Positions 8,371 through 18,025 are shown, numbered from the stretch's first letter. The stretch is DNA of 51,068 nt from an uncultured Chitinophagales bacterium (GCA_963991145.1 CAXDOZ010000003.1:1-51068), one strand, 5' to 3'. Notes: generated by a model from the letters alone, not told the origin. Numbers and translations: made by a program.

Positions 8371-10024
8371 CCAGGAACACAAAACCACCCTTGCGATAAA
8401 GCTCTTCCAGATCATCGACATCTGAGTACTTTTCAATCCTGTCGACTTTACTTACAAAGTATACCGGAGCATCAAGCTCACCTTTTAGGTAACTCTCTTC
8501 CGTTAGCTTATCATCCAGGTTTCCTGGCATCTTTCTCGTATAAAAGAGATGAGCATAGCTCTTAAATCCTAAAACCCTGACCTCCGTATCGGTGCCCTGG
8601 AATTGCTCGTAAAATTCAATAGCCGGTCCCTGGGCGTACTCTTCAATTCTAGGAGCAAATGCATAAAGGGATGTCTGGATGTATATCACTGTTGTGGCAA
8701 ACAGGACAAAAGATCCCGCATACCTCTTTCCAAAATGCCAAAGCACAAATACAGATGACCATGCTAATAAGATCAACAGCCCGTAGGTCGCTTCCCAATC
8801 TGCCCATACAATGCCACGCTCTATGCTAGCTCTGGCAAATAGATCCTTCTCACTGATGATGGCAAATAGAAACTCCTTATCCCCTGCCACGATCGGAAGA
8901 GCTATCATTGCAGTGGAGAGCAATATCAGCACAAAGCCTAAAGCCAGCTTAAATACCAATCTCAAGGACACTTTATCCTTACTCCAGTTCCAAATGGTTT
9001 GAGCCGCAAGGAAGGTTAATGGGAAATAGGCAAGTGATGAGTAATGAAGAATTTTCGTTTTCACAATTGAGAATATCAGCAAGACTACGAACAGCAATGC
9101 CATCATCCATTTCTTAAAATCAATTGCTAAAACCTTATCCTCTGCCCTGGTAAAAACTGCTTTTAAAGCAAAGAAGGAGGCTGGAAAACATCCAATCAAC
9201 AGGACAATAAAATGATAATAAAACGGTCCCCCATGGCCGGCATCCTCTGTTTGGAATAAGCGGATCTGATACTCGATAAATCGCTTTATAAAGAATGGCC
9301 CGTTCTCTATGGTCTCAAATCCATACCAGAAGAAAGTCACGATCAAAATAACGATCATGCCAACAATGATCTCAAAGATCGAGATGATCTTTTTCGCTCT
9401 ATTCCAAAGGAAGAAAACAAGCAGTGTAAGACCTATCAGTAAAATTGCAACTGGTCCTTTTGTAAGAATCGCGAGGCCTGCAAACAAGCCTGAAAGCAAT
9501 ACATATCTAAATCGTAGTCGTTTGGCTTTCTTCTTATTTAAGAACTCTTCGTCATTGGCCAGGAGTGAGAGAAAGTAGATCGAAAGGAAGATGAAGAGAT
9601 TGAACCAGGGGTCAATGATCCCAGATTTGAAATAGAAATGAGGGAGCAGTGAGCCAACGTAAGCCATCACCCAGATCACTGCAAATTCTCTATCGTATAA
9701 TCGCTTTCCAATTAAATAAAGAACCAGGATCGTAATCAGGCCACAGACAGCATTTGGGAATCTTGCTCCATACTCTCCAACTCCAAAGAATTTCATGGAT
9801 AAAGCCTGCATCCAAATGAACAGTGGCGGCTTTTCCCAGAAAGGTTTATAGTCGATCTGGACTTGCCAGTAGTTATTCGTAACCAGCATTTCACGGGCTG
9901 ATTCAGCAAAGTTTATCTCATCCCAATCGAAGAGATGCACCAGGTCGATATTCGGGAAGAACATAACCGCACCAATGCAAAGCAGAAGTAAGGAGGCCGG
10001 TATCTTTCTAATTTGCTCTATCAC
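8357..10024 (-). CDS. ArnT/PMT-like GT-C membrane glycosyltransferase
   Basis: LFDWDEINFAESAREM, EKPPLFIW and LTKGPVA motifs; many transmembrane segments; GTG start. Confidence 0.85.
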   Translation of the reverse strand: MIEQIRKIPASLLLLCIGAVMFFPNIDLVHLFDWDEINFAESAREMLVTNNYWQVQIDYKPFWEKPPLFIWMQALSMKFFGVGEYGARFPNAVCGLITILVLYLIGKRLYDREFAVIWVMAYVGSLLPHFYFKSGIIDPWFNLFIFLSIYFLSLLANDEEFLNKKKAKRLRFRYVLLSGLFAGLAILTKGPVAILLIGLTLLVFFLWNRAKKIISIFEIIVGMIVILIVTFFWYGFETIENGPFFIKRFIEYQIRLFQTEDAGHGGPFYYHFIVLLIGCFPASFFALKAVFTRAEDKVLAIDFKKWMMALLFVVLLIFSIVKTKILHYSSLAYFPLTFLAAQTIWNWSKDKVSLRLVFKLALGFVLILLSTAMIALPIVAGDKEFLFAIISEKDLFARASIERGIVWADWEATYGLLILLAWSSVFVLWHFGKRYAGSFVLFATTVIYIQTSLYAFAPRIEEYAQGPAIEFYEQFQGTDTEVRVLGFKSYAHLFYTRKMPGNLDDKLTEESYLKGELDAPVYFVSKVDRIEKYSDVDDLEELYRKGGFVFLVRYP

Positions 10025-10679
10025 CTAAAAGCTTCGATCGAAGTGAAAAATTCAACCAATCTGCAGTAAATCTACCCTGTAACCATTGAGATGTCTTCCA
10101 GGCAATAACTGCAGAAAATACTCCCACAAAACTGCCGAAGTATGCATCAACAAAGAAATGCTGATTTAGATAAATCCGGGCGAAGCCCGCCCCTATGGCC
10201 AAAATAATAGCCAGCAGATTCCACCATTTATTCTTTACCAGTAAGCAGCTAATACTGAACATGCAAAAAGCAAGGGCTGTGTGTCCGCTTGGGAAACTAA
10301 AGCTTTCAAGCATTCTCTCCCCGCCAACCTGCTGAAGCTCAATAATACCCTCAAGGTATTTGGATGGTCTTGGCATGGGTCCAAACACGATCCGTTTCAG
10401 TGCCTGAGTCAAAACAGAGTTAAGCAAAATAGCCAGGCCAATGGAAATGAAATTCCCCAGTCTATAACTGATCAGTAGGAGTGATAACAAGATCACAAAT
10501 AGAGGCTCTCCAAGCTTGTTCAGGAAAAGGAAAAGACCGTCAAAGGTTTGGTTTCGATACACTTCAATCAATTCGAATTCCCATCCTCTGTAATACCCCA
10601 GCAATATGAATGCTCCAAGCACCAGGAATATCAGGTAAGCTTTAAAGAATAAAGGGCTATTTAAGGAAAGACCCTTCAT
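10008..10679 (-). CDS. PAP2-family membrane phosphatase
   Basis: KRIVFGPMPRP, SFPSGH and RIYLNQHFFVD catalytic motifs. Confidence 0.9.
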   Translation of the reverse strand: MKGLSLNSPLFFKAYLIFLVLGAFILLGYYRGWEFELIEVYRNQTFDGLFLFLNKLGEPLFVILLSLLLISYRLGNFISIGLAILLNSVLTQALKRIVFGPMPRPSKYLEGIIELQQVGGERMLESFSFPSGHTALAFCMFSISCLLVKNKWWNLLAIILAIGAGFARIYLNQHFFVDAYFGSFVGVFSAVIAWKTSQWLQGRFTADWLNFSLRSKLLGDRAN

Positions 10680-12124
10680 CGCTTTTGAAGCCTTGACCTA
10701 ATTTTCTTAAAGAATTGGGTGTAAGTCTCTGGATTGAATATTACAGAGTCATTCTTTGCCTTAATGGTAAGAAACAATCCAATTGGCAGAAGAATCGCAG
10801 AAGAGATCCACATCCCAAAGAATGGGTCCAGAGCCTGTTGCTGAGCCATTTTCTCACCAATCATTGAGGATACGTGATAGATCACAAAGAAGATCACAGA
10901 GAGAAATAAAGGCCAGCCCAGACCACCTCTTTTTGTGATCGCCCCTAAAGGGGCTCCGATGAAGAAGAGGATCAGGCAGGCAGCAGAAAGAGTATACTTC
11001 CTGTACAGTTCAATTTTGTAATCTGCCAAACGCTGGAACTGCATTCTCTTGTAATCAATGTTTGGCTTAATCACCTGATCTTTCAAAAAGGAGGCTTTAT
11101 TCTTTGCTCTGATTTTGATATCTGCCACCTCTCCAGGACTAAGTCTGTCGAGCATTGTGTTTACTGCTAGAAATTCGATGCTGTCTTTTTCAGGATTTCC
11201 AAACTTAAACTCGTCCTCTTCTGACTTATTCCGAAAGGCGAAGAATGGACCAATAGAGCCAGGAATAGCAAGCATTCTTCTGTCCAGTTCTATTTGGAAG
11301 GTGTCGATCTTGCCTTGAAGCTGCCTTACGTTTAGCATCTTGCTCAGTTCCTTATAGTAATCCTGATTTGACTCAGTAAGGTTGAATTGGGTTAGGTCAA
11401 AGCGCTTCTCCCAGGTTGAGAAAGTTGTCTTAAAGTGCTCGTAGGTTTTGTTCTCCGATTTTTCAGGCGGTACCTCCCGATAGCTGATTCCATCATATAG
11501 CTTGAGGATCAACAGACTGTCATTGTCTGATTGATATAACTCCCCTTTCTCTGAAAGTAGAATACTCTCAACCGCAGCATGAGATGAATAATCGTAGATA
11601 ATGATATTGCTTAATGATTTACCATCTTCTCCCTTCTCCTCAAACCAAATAGCAAAGCCATCGATATCACGATTAAAAACCCGCTCTTCAAGGCTAAGCG
11701 TTGGCTTTTGATTTCGGATATCTGAAAGAAGGACCTTGAACTCCAGATTAGCTTTTGGCAAAACACTATTCGAGAAATAGAAGGCAACTCCACTGATGAA
11801 GATCACAAAGATGATCAGTGATCTCATGAATCTAAGAAGTGAAATCCCCGAAGACTTTATAGCGGTTAACTCAAAGTGCTCTCCCAGGCTTCCAAAAGTC
11901 ATAATGGAGGAAAGCAGAACTGCCAGAGGTAATGCTAAAGGAACAAATGCTGCAGAGGCGAAAAAGAATAGTCGAAAAATGATCTCCCAGTCGAGACCCT
12001 TTCCTACAAGATCATCGATGTACTTCCACAGAAACTGCATGATCAGCACGAACTGAACAATGAAGAATGTAAGTACAAAAGGACCTAGAAATCGCTTGAC
12101 CAGAAAGAGGTCTATCTTCTTCAA
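10676..12124 (-). CDS. LptF/LptG family LPS export permease
   Basis: QFLWKYIDDLVGKGL, GEHFELTAIKSSGISL, FFIGAPLGAITKRGGLG; TTG start. Confidence 0.9.
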   Translation of the reverse strand: MKKIDLFLVKRFLGPFVLTFFIVQFVLIMQFLWKYIDDLVGKGLDWEIIFRLFFFASAAFVPLALPLAVLLSSIMTFGSLGEHFELTAIKSSGISLLRFMRSLIIFVIFISGVAFYFSNSVLPKANLEFKVLLSDIRNQKPTLSLEERVFNRDIDGFAIWFEEKGEDGKSLSNIIIYDYSSHAAVESILLSEKGELYQSDNDSLLILKLYDGISYREVPPEKSENKTYEHFKTTFSTWEKRFDLTQFNLTESNQDYYKELSKMLNVRQLQGKIDTFQIELDRRMLAIPGSIGPFFAFRNKSEEDEFKFGNPEKDSIEFLAVNTMLDRLSPGEVADIKIRAKNKASFLKDQVIKPNIDYKRMQFQRLADYKIELYRKYTLSAACLILFFIGAPLGAITKRGGLGWPLFLSVIFFVIYHVSSMIGEKMAQQQALDPFFGMWISSAILLPIGLFLTIKAKNDSVIFNPETYTQFFKKIRSRLQKR

Positions 12125-12168
12125 GCTTATAATTTTCCCTAAAGGTATTTAGAATTGGAGGATTGGAC

Positions 12169-12546
12169 TTAGCCTCCGATCTGCTGAACAAGCATCTTTA
12201 TCTGATTGTCCCAAAGAAGCTTCTGATCATCTACATCGTAGTCTTCGGCAAAATCAGTGATAAAAAGAACTGTATCATTTGAGACTTCAGACTTCTGGAT
12301 CTTGAATTCGAAGAATTCATCATCTCCTGATTCTACCCAGCGATATCGAACTAATTCATTCTCAATATTGTCAATAAGCTCAGCATCTTCAATTGCTCCA
12401 TCCCATCCAAAACTGTATACATCGTCATTTACGTCGCAAGTGTCCGAGAACCATTGGGCCAATCCATTGGGTGAGACAAGGAAGTTGTGAAGAATCGACG
12501 GTGACGATCTAATTATATACTCAAGTTCAAATTGTTGTTTTGCCAT
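12169..12546 (-). CDS. START-like domain protein
   Basis: FELEYIIRSSP..GLAQWF..ITDFAE..LW pattern; position upstream of lptF is typical of Bacteroidota. Confidence 0.8.
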   Translation of the reverse strand: MAKQQFELEYIIRSSPSILHNFLVSPNGLAQWFSDTCDVNDDVYSFGWDGAIEDAELIDNIENELVRYRWVESGDDEFFEFKIQKSEVSNDTVLFITDFAEDYDVDDQKLLWDNQIKMLVQQIGG

Positions 12547-12674
12547 TCAAACAAATTACAGAGCCTCCAATCTGCTCTATTTAATAAGAGCGAGTCTAAA
12601 ATCCCATCTTAAATTCAGCTTGCCATGCGGCCTTAAAATAAAGAGTAGCGGACTCGCTATTTCTACGATTTGAG

Positions 12675-12704
12675 CAAGTATAAACAAAAAATCATGTTTG
12701 CAAA
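12675..12704 (-). promoter_or_regulatory. Bacteroidota primary-sigma promoter for the START-lptF operon
   Basis: Minus strand TTTG-N18-TATACTTG versus consensus TTTG-N19-21-TAnnTTTG. Confidence 0.45.
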
Positions 12705-12811
12705 ATTTTAGTCTTTCAGCTTTCCACAGAAGATGACTCAGTTTTATTGAAAAATCACCTACAACTGCAATGCATTAGCCCTTAGAATTCTCTTGTTTCA
12801 CTATATTTTAA

Positions 12812-12819
12812 GACCTTTG
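12812..12819 (+). promoter_or_regulatory. -7-like element for ffh
   Basis: GACCTTTG, one mismatch to TAnnTTTG, 23 nt before the ATG. Confidence 0.35.
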
Positions 12820-12842
12820 CAGCCACAAAATTCAGTGCTTGA

Positions 12843-14174
12843 ATGTTTGAGAATTTATCGGAAAAACTAGAATCGGCCTTTAAGACCCTTAAAGGCCAGG
12901 GCCAAATCACAGAAGTAAACGTTGCTTCAACGGTCAAAGAGATTCGGAGAGCCTTAGTAGACGCAGATGTAAATTATAAGATCGCCAAGGAGTTCACTGC
13001 AAATGTGAAAGAGAAAGCTCTTGGGGACAATGTTCTTACAGCTGTTTCACCTGGTCAGTTAATGGTAAAGGTGGTTCAGGATGAGCTAACCAGTTTAATG
13101 GGTGGTTCAGCTGCAGAATTCAACATCAAAGGTTCTCCGGCAGTAATCCTTATCGCAGGATTGCAGGGTTCGGGTAAAACAACCTTCACCCACAAACTTG
13201 CCCATTACCTTAAGACGAAGAAAGGAAAGCAGCCTTTGATGGTAGCAGGTGATGTTTATCGTCCGGCAGCGATAGATCAGCTTACAATTCTTGGAGAAGG
13301 AATTGACGTTCCGGTTTTCTCAGATAAAGAGAGTAAAGATCCAGTTGACATTGCAAAGAGAGCAATTGATCACGCAAAGGTCAATGGAAATAATGTAGTC
13401 ATCATTGATACGGCAGGGCGTCTTGCAGTGGACGAGGAGATGATGAAAGAGATCGAGCAGGTTAAGAAGGCTACCAATCCAAATGAGATCCTCTTCGTAG
13501 TGGACAGTATGACTGGTCAGGATGCCGTGAATACTGCGAAGGCATTCAATGACAGATTGGATTTCAACGGTGTGGTTCTTACCAAGCTCGATGGTGATAC
13601 AAGAGGTGGTGCTGCCCTATCGATCAAGTACACAGTTGATAAACCGATCAAGTTTGTAAGTACTGGAGAGAAGGTTGATACGCTTGATGTTTTCCATCCA
13701 GACAGGATGGCTAACAGGATTTTGGGAATGGGTGATATAGTATCATTCGTTGAGAAAGCCCAGGAGCAGTTTGACCAAAAGAAAGCTGCTGAACTTCAAA
13801 AGAAGATCTCCAAGAACAAGTTTGACTTCAACGATTTCCTATCCCAATTGGCTCAGATCAAGAAGATGGGTAACGTAAAAGATCTACTTGGGATGATCCC
13901 TGGAATGGGCAAAGCAATGAAGGACGTAGATATCGATAATGATTCCTTCAAAAAGATCGAAGCCATCATTCTATCAATGACCCCAAATGAGCGAGCTAAT
14001 CCTGAATTGCTGGATGGTAAGCGTAGAAAAAGAATTGCAGATGGAAGTGGAAATACCATTCAGGATGTAAACCAGTTTGTGAAGCAATTCGACCAAATGA
14101 AGAAAATGATGCGTCAGATGCAAGGCATGTCCAAAATGGGCAAACTCGGTCGTCGCATGCCGATGAAAAGATAA
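12843..14174 (+). CDS. ffh: Signal recognition particle protein Ffh
   Basis: [14 protein letters not shown] and [14 protein letters not shown] motifs; Met-rich M domain. Confidence 0.98.
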   Translation: MFENLSEKLESAFKTLKGQGQITEVNVASTVKEIRRALVDADVNYKIAKEFTANVKEKALGDNVLTAVSPGQLMVKVVQDELTSLMGGSAAEFNIKGSPAVILIAGLQGSGKTTFTHKLAHYLKTKKGKQPLMVAGDVYRPAAIDQLTILGEGIDVPVFSDKESKDPVDIAKRAIDHAKVNGNNVVIIDTAGRLAVDEEMMKEIEQVKKATNPNEILFVVDSMTGQDAVNTAKAFNDRLDFNGVVLTKLDGDTRGGAALSIKYTVDKPIKFVSTGEKVDTLDVFHPDRMANRILGMGDIVSFVEKAQEQFDQKKAAELQKKISKNKFDFNDFLSQLAQIKKMGNVKDLLGMIPGMGKAMKDVDIDNDSFKKIEAIILSMTPNERANPELLDGKRRKRIADGSGNTIQDVNQFVKQFDQMKKMMRQMQGMSKMGKLGRRMPMKR

Positions 14175-15358
14175 TGTCCGATACAAAGACCACAGATCAA
14201 TCGAGATATGCAGCAAGAGGAGTTTCTGCTGCTAAAGAAGATGTTCATGCAGCGGTAAAAGACCTGGAGAAAGGCCTTTACCCAAATACCTTTTGCAAGG
14301 TTTTCCCCGACTTGCTCGCCGGAGACGATTCTCAGTGTAATCTTATGAGTTCAGATGGCTCAGGAACCAAGTCAGCAATTGCTTACTTGTATTGGAAAGA
14401 GACTGGAGATGTAAGTGTTTGGGAAGGAATTTCAGAAGATGTGATCGTCATGAATCTGGATGATCTCCTGTGCACAGGCGCTACGAATAACTTCATCTTT
14501 ACTTCTGTAATCAATCGAAATAAGCACCTTATCCCGGGAGAAGTGATCTCAGCTCTTATCAGAGGCTCTGCTAACTTCTTTGATAGAATGAATGATCTGG
14601 GCATTTCCATCAAGTATGTTGGAGGTGAGACAGCAGATCTTGGAGATCTTGTACGTACAATTACTGTAGACGGCTCCATGACAGTTAGAATGCCACGTAC
14701 AAATGTGGTTAAGAACGAGATTCGTCCTGGCCAGGTGATCGTTGGACTAGCAAGCAATGGCAAGGCTAGCTATGAATCTGAATACAATTCAGGAATTGGC
14801 TCAAATGGGCTCACTTCTGCCCGCCACGATGTTCTTTCAAAGCATTACGCTACTCATTATCCTGAAAGCTTTGATCCAAACACAGATCAGCAATTCGTCT
14901 ACAGCGGGAAGCACCGTTTGACAGATCCTCTTGAAGGAACACCCCTAAACATTGGAAAAGCACTTCTTTCCCCAACAAGAAGCTTTGCTCCGGTTGTAAA
15001 GAATGTTCTCGATGAGCTTCCAGGGAAAATTCAGGGAATGGTTCATTGCACTGGCGGTGCACAAACCAAGGTTCTTCACTTCATGGACAGGTACCATGTG
15101 ATCAAGGATAATCTCTTCGCTACTCCTGCCCTATTCGAATTGATTCAAACTGATACTCAGACAGATTGGAGCGAGATGTATAAAGTCTTTAACATGGGAA
15201 ACAGACTTGAATTCTATGTGGATGAGGAATATGCACAAACCATCATTGACATTGCAAAAGGATTCAATATTGAATCTCAGATAATCGGAAGGGTTGAAGA
15301 CTCTGAAAAAGCAAAGGTCTCAGTAGTAACTGAGCACGGCACCTTCGAATACGAATAG
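14174..15358 (+). CDS. purM: Phosphoribosylformylglycinamidine cyclo-ligase (AIR synthase, Bacteroidota type)
   Basis: RYAARGVSAAKEDVH, DGSGTK, MNLDDL, GGETAD, SNGLTSARH, HCTGG, VFNMG; TAATG overlap with the ffh stop. Confidence 0.88.
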   Translation: MSDTKTTDQSRYAARGVSAAKEDVHAAVKDLEKGLYPNTFCKVFPDLLAGDDSQCNLMSSDGSGTKSAIAYLYWKETGDVSVWEGISEDVIVMNLDDLLCTGATNNFIFTSVINRNKHLIPGEVISALIRGSANFFDRMNDLGISIKYVGGETADLGDLVRTITVDGSMTVRMPRTNVVKNEIRPGQVIVGLASNGKASYESEYNSGIGSNGLTSARHDVLSKHYATHYPESFDPNTDQQFVYSGKHRLTDPLEGTPLNIGKALLSPTRSFAPVVKNVLDELPGKIQGMVHCTGGAQTKVLHFMDRYHVIKDNLFATPALFELIQTDTQTDWSEMYKVFNMGNRLEFYVDEEYAQTIIDIAKGFNIESQIIGRVEDSEKAKVSVVTEHGTFEYE

Positions 15359-15362
15359 CATT

Positions 15363-15391
15363 GCAACCTATTCGAAACTACTTCAGTCTAT
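15363..15391 (+). promoter_or_regulatory. Putative ECF-sigma promoter GCAACC-N17-GTCTAT
   Basis: The same bipartite motif occurs at 33711 and 44092; the AAC / TCT arrangement is ECF-like. Confidence 0.5.
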
Positions 15392-15395
15392 AAAA

Positions 15396-15476
15396 GCATT
15401 AAGGGATTAAGGGGTTTATCACCTCCTGTTTGATACGGATTTATTTAAAAGGCTCCTCTGCCAGGGGGGCTTTTTT
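15396..15476 (+). ncRNA. Candidate ~80-nt small RNA in the purM 3' region
   Basis: Lies between an ECF-like promoter and an intrinsic terminator with no credible ORF. G-rich 5' segment ATTAAGGGATTAAGGGGTTTA; internal hairpin TATCA/TGATA. The 5' end is approximate. Confidence 0.45.
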
Positions 15477-15815
15477 CATTTTATTCACTTTCTCTTTGCC
15501 TGATACGAAAAGGCTTATCCCTAAACCTATTACACCATACACGTACTTCATAGCGGCTTCCTTTACTCCTGAGATCAAGCGATCCCAGAAACTCAATTCA
15601 CTGTATTCATAATAGTCAGGGAGGTAAAATGGATCGGGTTGTACAGGTAGTTTTAAAGGGATCTGCTCAAACTCATACCAACAAAAGATCAAAGCTGCGA
15701 TCAATGGTAAGGAGATGCTCAATATCCAAACCAGGCGCATTCTAAAAATGGGAATAACCTTTACAATTAGCTTCCCGAGAACTAAGCCTGCCAATAACCA
15801 TAGGAACTGATTCAT
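15441..15815 (-). CDS. Small membrane protein of unknown function
   Basis: Three hydrophobic segments; start overlaps the stop of the upstream hydrolase gene. Confidence 0.65.
   Translation of the reverse strand: MNQFLWLLAGLVLGKLIVKVIPIFRMRLVWILSISLPLIAALIFCWYEFEQIPLKLPVQPDPFYLPDYYEYSELSFWDRLISGVKEAAMKYVYGVIGLGISLFVSGKEKVNKMKKAPLAEEPFK
15447..15476 (+). terminator. Intrinsic terminator for ffh-purM and/or the candidate sRNA
   Basis: AAAAG-GCTCCTCT-GCC-AGGGGGGC-TTTTTT; the G.U pairs form only on the plus strand. Confidence 0.75.
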
Positions 15816-16471
15816 TAGTCTGTGAGGGCTTTATCCAGAAGTTCTTTGATCTTCTTTCTCTGAAACATAACTACAAGATGTGATCCTCCTGAAACAGGAA
15901 TGGCGTTTTTGATGCGCCTAATTGGGAACAGTAGATCTCTTGTCCCATGAATATGAGAATACGATCCTGCCTCTCCCTTAAAGTTCCATTTCACAACCCG
16001 ATTAGTCACCCATGAGATGAAATGTGGCTTAGTTTTCTGAGCCATATCAATCATAATAGTAAATCGGTCCTTGGCTTTTGATAGGTTTCGGAGTCTCTTA
16101 AACCTCCATACATGAATATCTATAAGCCATTGTCCGGGTATAAGCTTGTGTAATGGCAGGTACCTTCCCAGCCTAATAAACCATGGCTTTTCAGACGAAT
16201 TCTTTATGGTAGATATATAGACCACTTTCTCTGGAGAACATCGCTGAGACAGCTCCGAACAGATTATCCCGCCAAAGGAAATCCCTACTAAAGAGAAGTC
16301 CTGATCCTGGTCGATTCTATTGAGGTACAATTGTATGTATTCCTCCCAATCGGTTTCATTGTTGGCATCAATCAGCTCTATGACCTCTGAATCATAGCCC
16401 TCAACGGGCAGATATGGATCGTAGATCCTCTTATCGCTACCTAAACCGGGTATTAAATACAGCTTCTTCAT
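15815..16471 (-). CDS. Alpha/beta hydrolase
   Basis: LIPGLGSD, GISFGG nucleophile elbow, HIHGTRDLLFP, GGSH. Confidence 0.85.
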   Translation of the reverse strand: MKKLYLIPGLGSDKRIYDPYLPVEGYDSEVIELIDANNETDWEEYIQLYLNRIDQDQDFSLVGISFGGIICSELSQRCSPEKVVYISTIKNSSEKPWFIRLGRYLPLHKLIPGQWLIDIHVWRFKRLRNLSKAKDRFTIMIDMAQKTKPHFISWVTNRVVKWNFKGEAGSYSHIHGTRDLLFPIRRIKNAIPVSGGSHLVVMFQRKKIKELLDKALTD

Positions 16472-17112
16472 TGGGGTTTATAAAAGCCAAGTTCAATATT
16501 TAAGGAATCCTGAACTGCCAACCAAAACTGATCGATAAACTGCTCTTTCAGGTAGATCCGCCTGGCCTTATCAGTATTCAGAGTAGTAGGAATATCCATA
16601 TTGGCTGTATCATAAAAGGCCAGCGTACCCATACATAGCCAATCGCTTCCACTCCAAACCCCATACCTTCCCGATACTACTCCCGGGAAAAAGCCATCTT
16701 CCATTAAAAATGGTAGAAGTTTCCCCTCTTCACCGAAGTCAAAAAGAAGAATCTGGTCATTATCAGCTTCAACATTAGAATTCATCCAACTCCAGTCTTG
16801 CCAATAGGCTTCCAGGCCTTCAGCATCGGCACCCTTTGCAATATAATTGATCAAGGTAAGGTCAATTGAGCCCTTCGGGCTGATATCGCCTGAGCAGAAA
16901 TTGTCTGCAGTAGGAATAGAATCCGGAAGGGAAACAAACTGTCTGAAAAATTCGATCTCAACACCCTCTTCCATTTCTACAGATGGCAGAACAGCGGTCT
17001 CTTGCTCCGAATTAGATTGGCAGTAGATCAGGAAAAAACAAACAAATAAGAAACTAAGCTTCGCGCTCGTAGAGAGCTTTGGAAAGACCGAGGAGTGGTT
17101 TCTTTTTAACAT
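16468..17112 (-). CDS. Hypothetical protein, possible lipoprotein
   Basis: In-operon ORF with a hydrophobic stretch ending FFLIYC; start uncertain (ATG 17112 or TTG 17118) and overlapping the upstream gene. Confidence 0.55.
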   Translation of the reverse strand: MLKRNHSSVFPKLSTSAKLSFLFVCFFLIYCQSNSEQETAVLPSVEMEEGVEIEFFRQFVSLPDSIPTADNFCSGDISPKGSIDLTLINYIAKGADAEGLEAYWQDWSWMNSNVEADNDQILLFDFGEEGKLLPFLMEDGFFPGVVSGRYGVWSGSDWLCMGTLAFYDTANMDIPTTLNTDKARRIYLKEQFIDQFWLAVQDSLNIELGFYKPQ

Positions 17113-18025
17113 CGTCAACTGGAAGCTCTTTCAATAAGCTTGAAGCATTAAGATAATAGCTTTCCATTTCCTCTTCGATAAAGCTTTTTGCACCTGTGCT
17201 CTCAATGATTTCAAGTATTTCGTCTACTTTTTCCTGAGAGTCAGTTTCTTGAGAGAACCAAAAGCTAATTCGATCTCTCTGCTCTTGATTAGCGAGTTCC
17301 CAGGCTTTGATTATCAGGCCTGTTTTCTTATTTCTAAGAATATCACCACCTACTTTCTTACCGATCTTTTCACCATTTCCAAAGGCATCCAGCCAATCAT
17401 CCTTTAACTGAAAACTAACGCCTAATAGCTCTCCAAATCGATACATGGTTTCCTGAGAATCAGGTGAAGCATCGCCTGAACTGGCTCCGATCTGCAAGCT
17501 AACTCCAAGAAGTACAGCCGTTTTAAGACGGATCATTTCAAGGTATTCAGGGTAATTTACGATTGCCTCTTCCTCGAAATCCATATCCATTTGCTGTCCC
17601 TCACAAATTTGCCTTGCAGCAACATTGAAGGTTCCAATGATCTTCGGATCCATCTCAGATTGAAGAATGTATTGATATGAAAGGACCATTGTTAGGTCTC
17701 CGGAAAGGATCCCGGCATTGAGTCCATAAGTTTTATGCACAGTTGGCTTGCCTCTGCGCTGATCCGCATGATCCATTATATCGTCATGGATCAGGGTGTA
17801 ATTATGAAATAGCTCAATTCCGTAAGCTGCAGGAAGAGCTTTTTCTAACACTCCATCAAAGAGATCACAAGCCATAAGAACGAATACTGGTCGGATCCGC
17901 TTTCCACCAATGGACATCATGTATTCAACTGGTTGGTAGAGGCCTGCGGGCTCGGCGGGGAAGAACTGCTGTTCTGAGTATTGATCAAAGATTCTTCTTA
18001 GATACGCATAATCCCCTGCGGTCAT
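17054..18025 (-). CDS. Polyprenyl diphosphate synthase (IspA/GGPP synthase family)
   Basis: GGKRIRP, LIHDDIMD..RRG, GQQMDM, KTA, FQLKDD, GKKVGGD; start 18025 preferred over 18094. Confidence 0.92.
   Translation of the reverse strand: MTAGDYAYLRRIFDQYSEQQFFPAEPAGLYQPVEYMMSIGGKRIRPVFVLMACDLFDGVLEKALPAAYGIELFHNYTLIHDDIMDHADQRRGKPTVHKTYGLNAGILSGDLTMVLSYQYILQSEMDPKIIGTFNVAARQICEGQQMDMDFEEEAIVNYPEYLEMIRLKTAVLLGVSLQIGASSGDASPDSQETMYRFGELLGVSFQLKDDWLDAFGNGEKIGKKVGGDILRNKKTGLIIKAWELANQEQRDRISFWFSQETDSQEKVDEILEIIESTGAKSFIEEEMESYYLNASSLLKELPVDDVKKKPLLGLSKALYEREA

Noticed and set aside
12547-12842. SRP RNA (ffs) next to ffh
   Set aside because: The conserved helix-8 motif (CAGG..GGAA..AGCA) and a long hairpin were not found on either strand
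15430-15612. 60-aa plus-strand ORF as the target of the ECF-like promoter
   Set aside because: TTG start, crosses the intrinsic terminator at 15447-15476 and is antisense to an in-operon membrane protein gene
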